A stretch of DNA of 64,000 nucleotides. Origin: Octopus vulgaris. Its lineage: Eukaryota. This document shows positions 41,233 to 54,007 of the stretch, piece by piece; position 1 is the stretch's first letter; each line of letters starts with the position of its first letter. The notes under the pieces were generated by a model. It did no database searches. It saw nothing but the letters and a program-made list of their open reading frames with translations, and had not been told where the DNA came from. The position numbers were made by a program, and so were the translations under genes. The DNA is taken from positions 85,064,001-85,128,000 of the forward strand of contig OX597823.1 of NCBI GenBank assembly GCA_951406725.2, given 5' to 3'.

Positions 41233-41320
41233 CAACAACAACACCGCTGCTACTACTACTATTACTACTACTACTATTATAATCGATACTGCTGCTGATT
41301 TATTGGTGATGATAATAACA

Positions 41321-41393
<73 letters not shown>

Positions 41394-41435
41394 TAATAAT
41401 AATAATAATAATAATGATAATAATAATAATAATAG
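40529..41435. repeat. Mosaic trinucleotide microsatellites (AAT, TTC, CTA, CAC, AAC)
   Basis: Direct inspection. Confidence 0.9.
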
Positions 41436-42595
41436 CGATAATTGAATTTCTGTAAATTTCAACGATTAAGAAGGTTTTTACATGGAAACAATGGCTTTGA
41501 AAAACATATCTCTTTATGCACCGCCGAAAACTCTTTGTGTGTTTCTCGTACAATAGCATTTCATAGGTACTTTGGGTCCTTAATGTTTCCTTAAACATGT
41601 TGATATTATTGAATTTACGGGCAATCAAATAAAAATAGTGATCAACAATGTAAACTATTTCATTTGTGTAACTACAAACTCACCAATTGACCAAGCTGTT
41701 GAGAATTCGATCATGCGTGAAGATATCAACAAATATCATACAATCAAATTATACGGATGATTGCTTCGCAGAATTAGATTGTCATTCAGCTAAAGGCTGC
41801 ATAACACTACTGTCTTGACATTCTGCAATTTCTTAGCCAAGCATCTGTTGAAGCCCGACCCACTCCTTGTTTTAAAGCAAATTCAACATTATTCACAGTT
41901 CAATAAGTTATCTCTTATCTCAAAAGCCTTTGTTTATTCCAAAATCACGCAAGATTTAATCCAAACTCAATCATGAATAACATCTTGGCCACTTCGATTA
42001 TTGGCTATGCCACTCATTTTCATGGTCAGTAGTTAATAACTAACGCAAATTTTATAGAGCGCATTCTTGGTAGTCTCCATTCTTCCGATGCACTTTGTTC
42101 TATAGCTATAACCTAGCTTTCATTAATACATCACTGTCTTGCCTTTCAGACGGCTTCCACAAAAATTAGCTCCTCCTTAAGAAAATGCCAGCTGTGGTGA
42201 AGGGTAGGAAAGATGATGGAGTAATTTATTACCGAATTGATTTATTTAATTTCCCTCCTACAATCACACGCTAACTGTTGAGTTTTAATTATTTATTGAC
42301 TATACGAGAAATAATATTTTAATAATGACTATTGAAAAATATCTTCGTAGTAGAATTAGTATATATTAAAGCAACTCTATGCCGAATGAAAATGAGAAAA
42401 GCATTGTATATTACGGAATCCAACAAACGTTGTAGAAACAGGTTTCGTCTCCTGAGATAATTTTCGTTTTATTCATTTTACGCTAAGATGTCCAGTGCTT
42501 CATTTTATAGTATTTATTTCTTATGATAAAAAAAAACAAAGCAGTTAGTCTTGTACGTGAGCTAATATATATATGTGTATGCTTGTGTGTGTGTG

Positions 42596-42697
42596 TGGCA
42601 AGAAGAAAATGGAGGGAATCCAGAGGTAATATTCATCATGTAATGTCTAACAGCTGATGAATACTACCTCTGGATTGCCTCCATTTTCTTCTTGCCA
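42596..42697. repeat. 43-bp near-perfect inverted repeat with 16-nt loop
   Basis: tggcaagaagaaaatggagggaatccagaggtaatattcatca / tgatgaatactacctctggattgcctccattttcttcttgcca. Confidence 0.85.
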
Positions 42698-42894
42698 TAT
42701 AAATTAAGGGTAAAACCACTTATTACCCTCGCTTGATTATTATACCCAGTAGGGCAATTACCACGCAATAACCAACACTTGTGTATTACTCAGGTATTCA
42801 ACCAGCGGTATATTGGATAGATACCATCCCTTAGTTGGTTGGATTCACAACCTCTAACTTTCTTTCAATTGAATTTATATATATATATATAGTC

Positions 42895-43055
42895 GCCAGA
42901 GTGGCTGTGTAGTAAGAAGTTTCTTTCCTAACCTTATGGTTCCGAGTTCAGTCCCACTGCGTAGCATATTGGGCAAGTGTCTACTACTATAGCCTCAGGC
43001 TGACCAAAGCCTTTTCAATGGATTTGGTAGGTGGACACTGAAAGAAACCTATTGA

Positions 43056-43086
<31 letters not shown>

Positions 43087-43280
43087 TATATTTTTGTGCG
43101 TCTGTGTTTGCCACACAACAATCATTTGACAACCAATGTTCGTGTGTTTACGCCCCCGCAACTTAGCGGTTCGGCAAAAGAGTCCGATAGAATGAGTACA
43201 AATAATAAGTTTTGGAGTCGATTTGTTCGAATAAAGGTGACGCTCCAGCATAGCCGCACTGAAACAAGTAAAAGAATAAA
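42895..43280 (+). mobile_element. SINE family B, full length
   Basis: gagtggctgtgtagtaagaag...gagttcagtcccactgcgtagcatattgggcaagtgtc ... gaaacaagtaaaagaa. Confidence 0.85.
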
Positions 43281-43281
43281 C

Positions 43282-43328
<47 letters not shown>

Positions 43329-45694
43329 TTTGTAATGGTGTCTGTCTGTCTGTGTATTTGTGGTTACTCTAACTCCTCCCATAGCGTCCAACCGATTTTA
43401 ATGATTTTGGCACATAGGTAGATCACATGCCCTGAAGTTCAAATAAGGCCAGAATTTTTCGAAAACCCGAAAATGCATAGTTGTTATGGATTTTTGTGAC
43501 TTCAATCGGGCGTTTGATTGGAGATTCCCATAACGATGTTATTTTCCTTTCTTAATGGGTAATAGTTGGCACAGGAATCGTGGAGGATGAAATGCAAAAT
43601 TGACTCCGGTAGCATTTTGAATTTGATTGTAAATTCAGAGGAAATATCACAAAACATTTTGTCAGCCGCAATAACGTTTCTGTCAGCTCGCCGCTTTATC
43701 AACTAATACATCATTTGAAAGTGATCAATTTGATTTTACCTCATTCAGTTCCACACAACGGAAGGATAGAAGGAATGTGTTTGCCTTCTTATAAGGTTCT
43801 TTATCATAGCTAATGGCTTTATATTTAAATATATTTCAATACTTGTGATTCATGCTGTGTTGTGCATAAAATCTATATTGCTTAATATTTGTTTTCGCTT
43901 AGGCGGCGCACTGATAAAATCGTTAACACACCGGGCAAAGCATGTAATGGTATTTCCTTCGTCTTTGCGTTCTGGGCTGCAATTCCGCCGAAATCAACTT
44001 TGCTTTTTATTCTTTCGGTGTCAATAAAAGAAGCACCAGTTGAGCTCTGAGGCTGATATAATCGACTTACCTGCTTTCCTGAAAATACTGGTCCTGTGGT
44101 AACATTTGGAACCAATATATATTTCGTAGTATTTACCATATTAAATTTTTCGTACGGAAAAAAAAGAAGACAAATAATTTTTAATGTGCTAAAAATTAGC
44201 GATACATAAATGTTTGAATGGTTAGCTGTATATGAAATGCCTTTATATCAGTTAGATTCAAGTGTCTTGCTCCAGAGTTCAAACCTCGTCATAGTCATTT
44301 TAACCTTTGTTCCAGCCAAGTCCAATGCAGTAACTTTCAGTTGTAGAGAACGGAAGATATACCAGACATATAATACGTTTTTCTGTCCACTCAGGATCTC
44401 CGTAGTCATATAAATAAAGTAATAACAAATATTTGAAATTAATATATTCTAGTACCACACATAATATATTGTATATATTAGAAAGAAAATATGCCGTCGT
44501 AGATATATTAAAATAACTTTTATTTCCCAAAGAAATAGTAATGATTCAGCATGTGAGGAATATAAAATGGCTTGAAGGCATGGATTAGAGTGTGGAATTA
44601 GTCTATAGAATACAGCCAATGTTATACATATTCTCACAGTTTGATCAGACAATATGTTGCTGAATGTTCTCAAAAAGCAATAATCACATTGAAAGTCTAT
44701 ACAAATATTGCTTAGACGCTGCATATACGTAAGCTCTTCCTACAAGGCAATGTAGTTTGCCAGTTATGAACGTGTTATTCAATACCTACTACTGGATGCT
44801 ATAAAACAAGTATTGTCCTTGTTATTACATTAGAATTACTTCCACGCTTTTGAGATCGATAAAATGTGTACCAGTTGAGGCCTGGGCTCGGTATAACTGA
44901 TTTACTTCTCCGCTGAAATTAATGGCCTTATGCCAAAATCGTTATTATATTCATACAACATTCTCGAGGGTTGGGGTACCCGTATACCCACCAAATTAAA
45001 TGCTTCAAATTTTAGCACAAGGCTTGTAATTTTAGAAGCAGGGGATTCATTGATTATATTAACCCCCAGTACTTGATGGCACATTGTTTTAATGATCCTG
45101 AGAGGATGAAAGAAAAAACTGACCTTAGTAAAATGCGAACTCAAAATGCAAAGGCGGCGAAAATGCCGCTAAGTCTTTTGGCCAGCGTGTTAACGATTCT
45201 GCCCGGTCACCGTGTACATCATCACCAAAATAATAAAGCCACACCTTACGATACTAAACTAGCTTCATCGAGAACATTAAATTCCATCTATGAAAAGAAA
45301 ACAACTAAAAACTTGTAGACCCTGAAAATTTCCAATAGCTCAAATGTGATGGTGAAATTTGTAACTAATCCCACTTTCTTCTATACAAACACTTTCAACT
45401 GTTAATATAGAGTCTGAACATTGGATATTGAACTGTCACCTTCGAATGATCGATTGCATTTGAAAATTTCGACGAAGTCGAGGCAACTATTCAGTATTAT
45501 TAGTGAAAAGTTTTACTGTGTCTGGCACAACAGCTTTCTAGTTAGGGTACCATTTGCTGAGCTTCATTATGTTTCTTCTCCCGCAACAATTAATTCCCGT
45601 TTGAATGATCAACACCAAGATGCACCAATAATCCCAGCTAGTATTCTGAAATAATTCAAGTATTGGATTTATACATGGTGTAGTAATATGATAT

Positions 45695-46375
45695 ACAGAG
45701 TGTCCTGGCTAAATTTGATTGTTTGCACGAAAGGAACAGAAATCACAATATTCCATACAAAAGTAAAGGTAATTTTTAAAAAAAGTTAATATCATCTAGA
45801 TTATGGCTGGGAGAAGATAGTTTGTCCAGAGTAGCCGCGTTTAGCCTCCACCACGACGTCAAGAGTGCTCTGGAATCTGGCGAACGCTTCCTCATTGGAG
45901 TGATCTTCGAACACTTTGATCTTGGCCACCAGTTTGGCGTTGGTACTGCAAGCTAAGTGATTAGTTTCTTTGTCAACCTCGCTTCACACATAATATTCAT
46001 TTAATTGCAATCGCAGGTATTAGGAGGCCAGAAGGAGGGGCTGGTGAAGTCTTAGTAATTCTCCAACAACCACATCTGACTCTTTCTAGGATATGGGAAG
46101 GAATCAAAGCCTACTACCACGCATGTGGCCTTCCAGCAGCCACCCTCACCAATATTCAGAACCTTCACATAAGAGTCTGAAATGAACCTAAGGCCTTGTG
46201 TAAAGGTATGGGGCGGAATTCTGGTGTACAAACGCAATCAGAACACCTGTTGCGTTCCATTCTACAGGCCACAGCTTTGCTGTGTCCGGTGCTGCAATCA
46301 TAAGGTTGGCATTTTGATACCGGCGCAAATAATCATAATACAGGTAACTCTTTTCCAATATTCAAATGGCTTCCA
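45695..46375 (-). mobile_element. Tc1/mariner superfamily relic (DDD, maT/DD37D-like), internally deleted
   Basis: TA|cagagtgtcc terminus. Minus frames give RKSQMWLLENY*DFTSPSFWPPNTCDCN, homologous to 56260-56586. Confidence 0.65.
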
Positions 46376-46512
46376 AAGGCGACTAGCTGGCAGAAACGTT
46401 AGCACGCTAGGCGAAATGCCTATCGGTATTTCGTCTGTCTTTACGTTCTGAGTTCAAATTCCGCGAAGGTCGACATGGCCTTCCGAGGTCAATAAATTAT
46501 GATATTCTTTTC

Positions 46513-47282
46513 TACTCTTTTCTATTCTAAGCACAAAGTCCGAAAATTTTGGGGAAGGGGTCAGTCGATTAGATCAACCCCCTGTACGCAACTGGTACTT
46601 ATCGACCCCGAAAGGATGAAAGGCAAAGTCGATCTCGTTGGATTTAGAACTCAGAACGTAAAGGCAGACGAAATACGTATTTCTTTACTACCCACAATGG
46701 ACTAAACACAGAGCGGACAAACAAGGACAGACAAACGGATTAAGTTGATTGCTTCGACCCCAGTGCGTAACTGGTAATTAATTTATCGACCATGAAAGGA
46801 TGAAAGGCAAAGTCGACCTCGGCGGAATTTGAACTCAGAACGTAGCGGCAGGCGAAATACCTATTTCTTTACTACCCACAAGGGACTAAACACAGAGAGG
46901 ACAAACAAGGACAGACAAACGGATTAAGTCGATTACATCGACCCCAGTGCGTAACTGGTACTTAATTTATCGACCCCGAAAGGATGAAAGGCAAAGTCGA
47001 CCTCGGCGAAATTTGAACTCAGAACGTAACGGCAGACGAAATATCTATTTCTATTTCTTTATTACCCACAAGGGGCTAAATACAGAGGGGACAAACAAGG
47101 ACACACATAGGTATCAAGTCGATTACATCGACCCCAGTGCGTAACTGGTACTTAATTTATCGACCCCGAAAGGATGAAAGGCAAAGTCGACCTCGGCGAA
47201 ATTCGAACTCACAACGTAACGCAGACGAAATACGGCTAAGCATTTCGCCCGGCATGCTAATGTTTCTGCCAGTTCGCCGCCT
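46513..47282 (-). mobile_element. SINE-A tetramer: head-(core-tailA)x3-core-tailB
   Basis: Four copies of atcgaccccgaaaggatgaaaggcaaagtcgacctcggcg at ~180-190-bp spacing, junctions near 46677, 46860 and 47043, single A-box head at the right end. Confidence 0.9.
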
Positions 47283-47341
47283 TGATGATTTTGAAATATT
47301 GAAAATATGTCACATGCTTGTTGAAAACTGAACCGTTACAT

Positions 47342-47965
47342 CTTTTATCTTTTATCTTTTACTTGTTTCAGTCACTAGACTACAGCCATGCTGGGACGCC
47401 GCCTTGAACTTTTAGTCGAATGAATTGACTCCTGCACTTATTTTTTAAGCCTTGCTGAACTGCTAAGTTACGGGGGCCTAAAGATACCAGTACCGGTTCT
47501 CAAACGGTGATGGTTGTGGTGGTGGTTGGGTGGGGAAAAACACACAAAGACATACTCACATAGATATATAGGGAGAGTTTACGAAAAAAAAGAAAAGACG
47601 AAGACAGGTGGTGTATAAAACAAACAGATATATTAGTATAACGCTCAGGAATACATATATATACGACGGGCTTCTTTCAGTTTCCGTCTACCAAATCCAC
47701 TCACAAGGATTTGGTCAGCCTATGTCTATAGGAGAAGACACTTGCCCAAGGTGACACGCAGTGAGACTGAACCTGAAACCATGTAGCTGGGATGCAAACT
47801 TCTTATCAAAGCCACTCCCGCGCCTGTAAAAAAATATCCACTCACAAGGCTTTGGTCGGCCCGAGGCTAAAGTAGAAGACGCCTGCCCAAGGTGTCACGC
47901 AGTGGGACTGAACCCAGAACCATTTGGTTGAAAACAAACTTCTTACCAAAAAGCGATTCCTGCGC
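47342..47965 (-). mobile_element. SINE family B plus an additional 5' fragment
   Basis: cttttacttgtttcagtcac tail, gacacttgcccaaggtgacacgcagtg, repeated tccactcacaaggctttggtcggcccgagg at 47837. Confidence 0.8.
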
Positions 47966-48696
47966 TTGTAAAGAAAAGATATTTTGTCTGAACTGCATTT
48001 GGGTGATATTGGATGATTTAATTTCTACTTTGACAAAATTTCGAGCAATTTATACGCGACTAATGATAGAGAGGCTTTTGTTAATTTGTCTCTTATAATT
48101 ACTAACTATTATGACGTGCTTGTACATGTCGGGTGTGAAATAGTATTACCCAAATAAACATTTGTATGTGGTTATCTGAGCGAACTCTCTCCGTACTACT
48201 CGAACGCAGGTACAATATTAACCCATTGACAACCATGAGCCCCATTTGGGGATCTACTAAAAACAGTCTTACATCCGGTTGCTCGTTGTATTTAAAGTGA
48301 ATTACTTATGCACACTGCATTTGCATAGGTGTGTTTAACAATATTTAGTAGTTAAATTTTGTCATTGTTAACACTGGCTAAATCAAGGGGGAATTTTATG
48401 TCATAAATCGCAAGTTGTGAACCACAAAAATATTGACTGTTTTGAAAACGTTTTTCTTTTTGTTTTTTCGCATTTTCTCATCTATATCATTCATTGATAT
48501 TTTATACATATTCGCATTTCATACTATACTTTGAAGAAAAAAAAAAAATATTTATTATTGCAACTGAACAGAAAAGAATACATATGCTTTTGTTCAGTGA
48601 TCTCCATTTGGAACTTTACGAAAAATTTATCATAACTTTCAAAATAATTCATATATGAAGAAAATTTAAATACTATATAATATTTTAACTCCTAAG

Positions 48697-49081
48697 GAAG
48701 GAAGCACTCCGTAGGTTACGACGACGAGGGTTCCGGTTGATCCGAATCAACGGAACAGCCTGCTCGTGAAATTAACGTGTAAGTGGCTGAGCACTCCACA
48801 GACACGTGTACCCTTAACGTAGTTCTCGGGGATATTCAGCGTGACACAGAGAGTGACAAGACCGGCCCTTTGAAATACAGATACAACAGAAACAGGAAGT
48901 AAGAGTGAGAGAAAGTTGTGGTGAAAGAGTACAGCAGGGATCACCACCATCCCCTGCCGGAGCCTCGTGGAGCTTTAGGTGTTTTCGCTCAATAAACACT
49001 CACAACGACCGGTCTGGGAATCGAAACCGCGATCTTATGACCGCGAGTCCACTGCCCTAACCACTGGGCCATTGCGCCTCG
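48697..49081 (-). mobile_element. SINE family C full length (middle M2, tail T1) with 13-bp TSD
   Basis: tRNA-like head gaggcgcaatggcccagtggttagggc...ggtttcgattcccag, TSD tttaactcctaag at 48684-48696 and 49082-49094. Confidence 0.9.
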
Positions 49082-49629
49082 TTTAACTCCTAAGACACTT
49101 GGCAAAGCCAAAGAAATATGAAGAAAAAATTTGTCAGTTAATGGGTTTAACGAACACTCGTCGCACTAACCAATGCGCAGTAACCAATACGCTCGACCAA
49201 CAATGTCAACTGCCCATACAGTTCACACAATTCTTCATTGAAATCCGTTCGTCCACTTTCAGTCACGCGGTAAGGGGTACAAAATTCTCCCATAACATTT
49301 CCCCATTTTGAAGATTAAAGTTCCACAACACCAACACAGCTTCTCTTAGAACATTACATTTTCTTACCTTGTTGCTGGTTCTCTTGATCTGTTTACAATT
49401 TTACTCCTTTTCTTCATAAAACCACTGTAATGGGGCCATGCTGGAGCACCGCCTTGAAGTCGAAACAATTAAGCCCGGTACTGATAAAACAGGTACTTAC
49501 ACTATACAACACTTTTGCCGAACTACTAAGTTACAAGAATGTAAACACACGAACAGTGGTTGTCAAACTGCGACAGTGGCCAGACACAAAGGCACCACAT
49601 ACGCACTCAAACACGCACATGCACGTAAA

Positions 49630-49662
<33 letters not shown>

Positions 49663-50030
49663 ATATTTATATATGTACATGTATATGTATATATGTACAT
49701 ATATATGTATATATGTATATTTTTTGACTATTTATTAAAATTTTATGTATTGATTAAGTCTTTCCTTGTTTGTTTTGCAAAATAGTGGTTTTGTCTCTAA
49801 TAATATTATATAATATTTTACTATAAAATTGGATTTAATCCTAAATCTGATTTTTTCCCTGTAAATTTGGATTTATTCCCTAATATTTATTATGTATATA
49901 TATATGTATATATAAATACATGTATATATATATGTATATATATATACATATATATATGTATATATATGTACATATATGTGTGTATATATATATGTATATA
50001 TATGTATGTATATATATATGTAAATATATA

Positions 50031-50989
50031 TCTTCTTCTTCTTAAACCTTTTTGCCCCTTGTGGAGCATAGGGCCTCAATAGTTGTTTTCCACATTTTAC
50101 AGTCATTAGCGTGTTTCTTGATTGCTTCCCATGTCAGGCCGGTGGTCCTGAGCTCGTCCAAAATGCTCCGCTTCCATGTCTGCTTCGGGCATCCTCGCTT
50201 CATTTTCCTCCTGCGGGTTCCAGTCAAGTGCTTGTCGTGTCACAGTTGAGGGTTCTTTCTGCAGTGCGTGTCAGATCCATCTCCATTTCCTTCGTCTAAT
50301 CTGAACAGGTATGTGCTCCTGGCTGGCCCTTTCCCACAGGTCGATGTTTGGCACTCTGTCGAACCACTTCAGATTGAGGATCTGCCGGAGACATTTGTTG
50401 ATGATGGCCTGAATCTTCTTGAAGTTGCTGCAGGTGGCTTTCCATGCTTCAGAGCCATCTAAAAACACTAAATAAGCGACTTCCATACTGGCCGAAGAAT
50501 AGCGAAGGTTTGCCAGGCCTTCTTGCTTCTAATCTACCTGATTAGCTGATCTTGCTGCCAAGACAGACAAACTCACTAACGTCTTCCACAAGTGCTCCCT
50601 CGATTGTGGTTGGCTCTTCCTGCTTGTTGTTGATACGCAGTACTTTTGTCTTTTCCTGGCTGATCTTCAAGCTCACTCGCCGTGAAATTTCTGTCAGGTG
50701 GTCTACCTTATCTTGCATGTCTTGCAGGCGATGTGACAGCAGCGCGAGATCATCTGCGTAGTCCAAGTCCTCCAGCTTATTCATCAGTGTCCACTGAATA
50801 CCTTTCCCGGATGTAGCGTAGGCCGTCCTGGCGACCCAGTCCAGCACGACGAGTAACAGGAGCAGTGGCAACAAACAGCCCTGTCTGACTCCCGTGCTGA
50901 CCCTGAATTCCTCCGACAATCTCCCAGCATGGATGACCTGGCAAGAAAATTCCTCGTAGAGTAATCGAATAATGTTCACGATCTTCTCT

Positions 50990-50994
<5 letters not shown>
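50031..50994 (-). mobile_element. RTE-clade LINE, 5'-truncated, RT domain and C-terminus with (GAA)n tail
   Basis: ORF 50542-51027 contains TGVRQGCLL, DLDYADDLALL and KISQEKTK. Downstream frames give INKCLRQIL..W, IRRRKWRWI and RGCPKQTWKRS. Inserted in a (TA)n-rich tract. Confidence 0.95.
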
Positions 50995-51023
<29 letters not shown>

Positions 51024-51024
51024 A

Positions 51025-51345
51025 CAAGCTTTTTTCAGTTTTCGTCTAGCAAATCCACTCACAAGTTTTTGGTCGGTCCCAGGCTATAGTAGCAGACACT
51101 TGCCTAAGATGCCATGCAGTGGGGTTGAACCTAGAATCATATGGCTGGGAAGCAAGCTTCATACTTCACAGCTACGCCTGCTCTTATAGGACTATATATA
51201 GGGAGTTCCCCACAGTCTCCCCTTACCAATTTCTCTCATAAAGCATTCGTTATAATGCAGGACCCTTGCTCAAGGGGTCGCGCAGTGGGATTGAAACTAA
51301 AGCAAAATAGGTGAAGCGAACTTCTTAACCACATAGCCATAGCTA
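51025..51345 (-). mobile_element. Two SINE-B 5' fragments
   Basis: ttttcagttttcgtctagcaaatccactcacaag...gacacttgcctaagatgccatgcagtggg, second remnant at 51225-51345. Confidence 0.65.
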
Positions 51346-51698
51346 GGAGAAACGTTGTTGATATAACTTCTGCACGACAGTAGGCGTTTTGAAGATTTAT
51401 TTCTAATTCTATGGAATCGGTGAAACATCTTTCCGTTTTCTTCTAACGGAACATCTCTGTTCACTATCGAAAAAGCCTTACGGATAAATATGGTTATTAC
51501 GTATAAAAGTTGCTTCGGTAAAATGTCATTTACAGAACTAAAAATAGGATACAAATTTGAAGACAGAATCAACACGGCTGACATTCAATGAAACAGTTTT
51601 CACTTATTGCTATTGTTAGCACCTTCCGAGAGAAATGAGATATATTATGTCATAGTATTAATAAAAATGTTCTAACCAAATATTCTTTTTAAAAAGTA

Positions 51699-51873
51699 CG
51701 AGCTGACAGAAACGTTAGCACGCCGTGCGAAATGCTTAGATGTATTTCATCTGTCTTTATGTTCTGAGTTCAAATTCCGCCGAGGTCGATTACCAGTTGC
51801 GTCCTGGGGTCGATCTAATCGACTAGCTTCCTCCACAAAAATTTCTGGCCTTGTGCCTAGAGTAGAAAAGAAT
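51699..51873 (+). mobile_element. SINE-A monomer (tail B), core deleted
   Basis: cgagctgacagaaacgttagcacgcc...gagttcaaattccgccgaggtcga...gtgcctagagtagaaaagaat. Confidence 0.8.
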
Positions 51874-52159
51874 ATTTACAATTCTGTTAATCTGTAATAT
51901 TCGAACTTCTGTTAATCTGTAAAAAAACAACGATCGAGTAAAGAGAATGCATAGTTTATCATTCCTTGTCCACACTATGTTTATTAATTTTATTGTTGTT
52001 ATCTTCTTTTTGGTAAACAACGATATGGTTGGTTAGAAGTTTTAATAGGTCAATTATTGATTTGCAGCATTCGTAAACCATGCTGTGCATGGACACTAAG
52101 TTATAATATTCTGGCTCACTTTTGCTATTTGCTTGGAAGAACGTGCTTGGCATATGTTT

Positions 52160-52877
52160 GTCGGATTGACCACAATAGAGAAAGTTGTCATGGCGATATC
52201 TGCTCAGAGGCCTTCGCAAATTTGCAGAAAGTGTATAGAGAGGAGTGTATGAGATGCACACAAGTGTACGACTGGTTCAGACGTTTTCAAGGGGGCCCGA
52301 AAAAATATCGACATTGACGAGCGTTCTCGGAGACCCGCAACAAGCAGCACAGAAAAACTTCGCAGATGTCCGTGCAACTGTGAGGGGAAATCGTCGAATC
52401 ACTATCCGTGAGCTATCAGTGAATCGGCAGATTAGTTACCATTCAGTTCAGTCCATTATCACTGAAGGTTTGGGTGTGAGGTAAGTCTTTGCTTAGTTTG
52501 TGCCCAAACTGCTTTCAGCTGACCAAAAAGACGCTGGGATTTAAGTTGTACAAGATTTCCTTGATTGTGTCACTAACAGTGAAAACTTTTTGAAAACTTT
52601 TCGTAGGCCTTTGAGCAGGTATCACCAATATCTCTGAACAGGTATGGCAATATCTCTGAACAGGTATGGCAACTTTCTCTGTTGGGGTCAATGCAATGGC
52701 CACACGCTACACACGCTCCTTCCGGGCACTTCTGTAAACAGAAGTGATCTAGAACGTTAAAACTTCATACCCATGGATAGCGGAGTTCATAGGTCGATCT
52801 GTGCCACACGACTGTACTCTGCGTGCTTTAGCCTCGTCACTATGGAAACAGTCTGGATACTTATTGATCAGTCTGCG
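52160..52877 (+). mobile_element. mariner relic (N-terminal HTH region, catalytic domain deleted)
   Basis: SEAFANLQKVYREECMRCTQVYDWFRRFQGG, DERSRRP, VRGNRRITIRELS and FVPKLLS motifs, with mariner-like end cagtctggatacttattgatcag. Confidence 0.8.
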
Positions 52878-54007
52878 GAAAGACTTGACTCTGTTCACTT
52901 GTGAGTCTCAACAAAAGGATTTACACTTTCTTCTGGTTACATATCCGAAACATTTCCTTACTTACTTATACACCGTACTTTTACTTTGTTTTTGATGCTT
53001 GACGCAGATGTGCTTGAGTTTTGCCCAAGGTGTGTAGCTACATGTCAACCTATATTCTGTCTTTAGGAAGAAGTAGAAAGATGGCAGAAATGAGTTGGTT
53101 GAGTGTTTCTCTTTGCCTTTAGCAGAGTCTGCCGTTGACGTTCACCATTGTTTTGTGATTAAATTTGCGTAGTGTTCTGTTTTTAGATATTCTTGGCTTA
53201 GAAATCCAACGTGTACAGCTAAATTTTAACCTATCTGCCTCAAGGTAAAAAAATGTTGTTACTTTTATATTGCCTGAAATTCATATCGCTTCAGTCTTGC
53301 AGTATTTGACCACGGTTTAGTTTTATGTCTATTATTCTATATTATCAACAGCGATCTCTTTAGATTTAATCATACATTTTATTAATGTTTTGACTTGTAT
53401 TTAATATGCTTCCGGGGTACATCCAGTGTCACTACAACCTGCACAAAATATACAATAAGCTTAGCGTGTTGGTGAGTTAATTTTTATACGGTAACAATGC
53501 AATACTTGGAGAGATTTGCACTGTCATACAAATGTTCTATTATTGGATAAATTTGTGGTTAAATCTCCATAACGAGCTGAAAAATTTATTAAAGACTAAC
53601 ATTGGTGTTTTCAACTCTAGTGTAATGTGATGTGATCTATTTCTCAATATTTCTTCAAGAAATCTTATATTTGCAAGCAGAAAGTTTAAACTCATATGGA
53701 TCGTTAATCTACAAACAAATAATGATGGCTGTAAATTTTGGCACACGGTCAGCAGTTTTGAGAGGGGGTGGGGAAATTGATTGTATCGACCCCCCCCCCC
53801 CCTACTGATCGTCTGGTAGATATTTTATCGACACTGAAAGAATGTAAGGTTGAGTCGAATTGGGTGAAATTTAAATTAAGACTTTCATCAGGACAAAATG
53901 CCGCTGAGGACGATTCTGCCAGCTTACCGTCTCGAAATAGATAATATTTATCTACCTAAGGTGGTATTGAGGACACATCCTCACTCTCTGCTCTACTGTG
54001 CCTGTAT

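Noticed and set aside
40893-41282. ORF with poly-H/S/Y/L/T/P runs resembling a mucin or transcription factor
   Set aside because: It is a trinucleotide microsatellite mosaic with no complex sequence.
46580-47230. Regular repeats as a CRISPR array or hammerhead retrozyme array
   Set aside because: The units are ~185-bp SINE segments with no unique spacers, and I found no CUGANGA/GAAA core in the unit.
49010-49081. tRNA-like sequence as a functional tRNA gene
   Set aside because: It is the head of a TSD-flanked SINE and continues directly into SINE body.
52627-52673. 22-bp tandem duplication caatatctctgaacaggtatgg
   Set aside because: Ordinary slippage inside a mariner relic.
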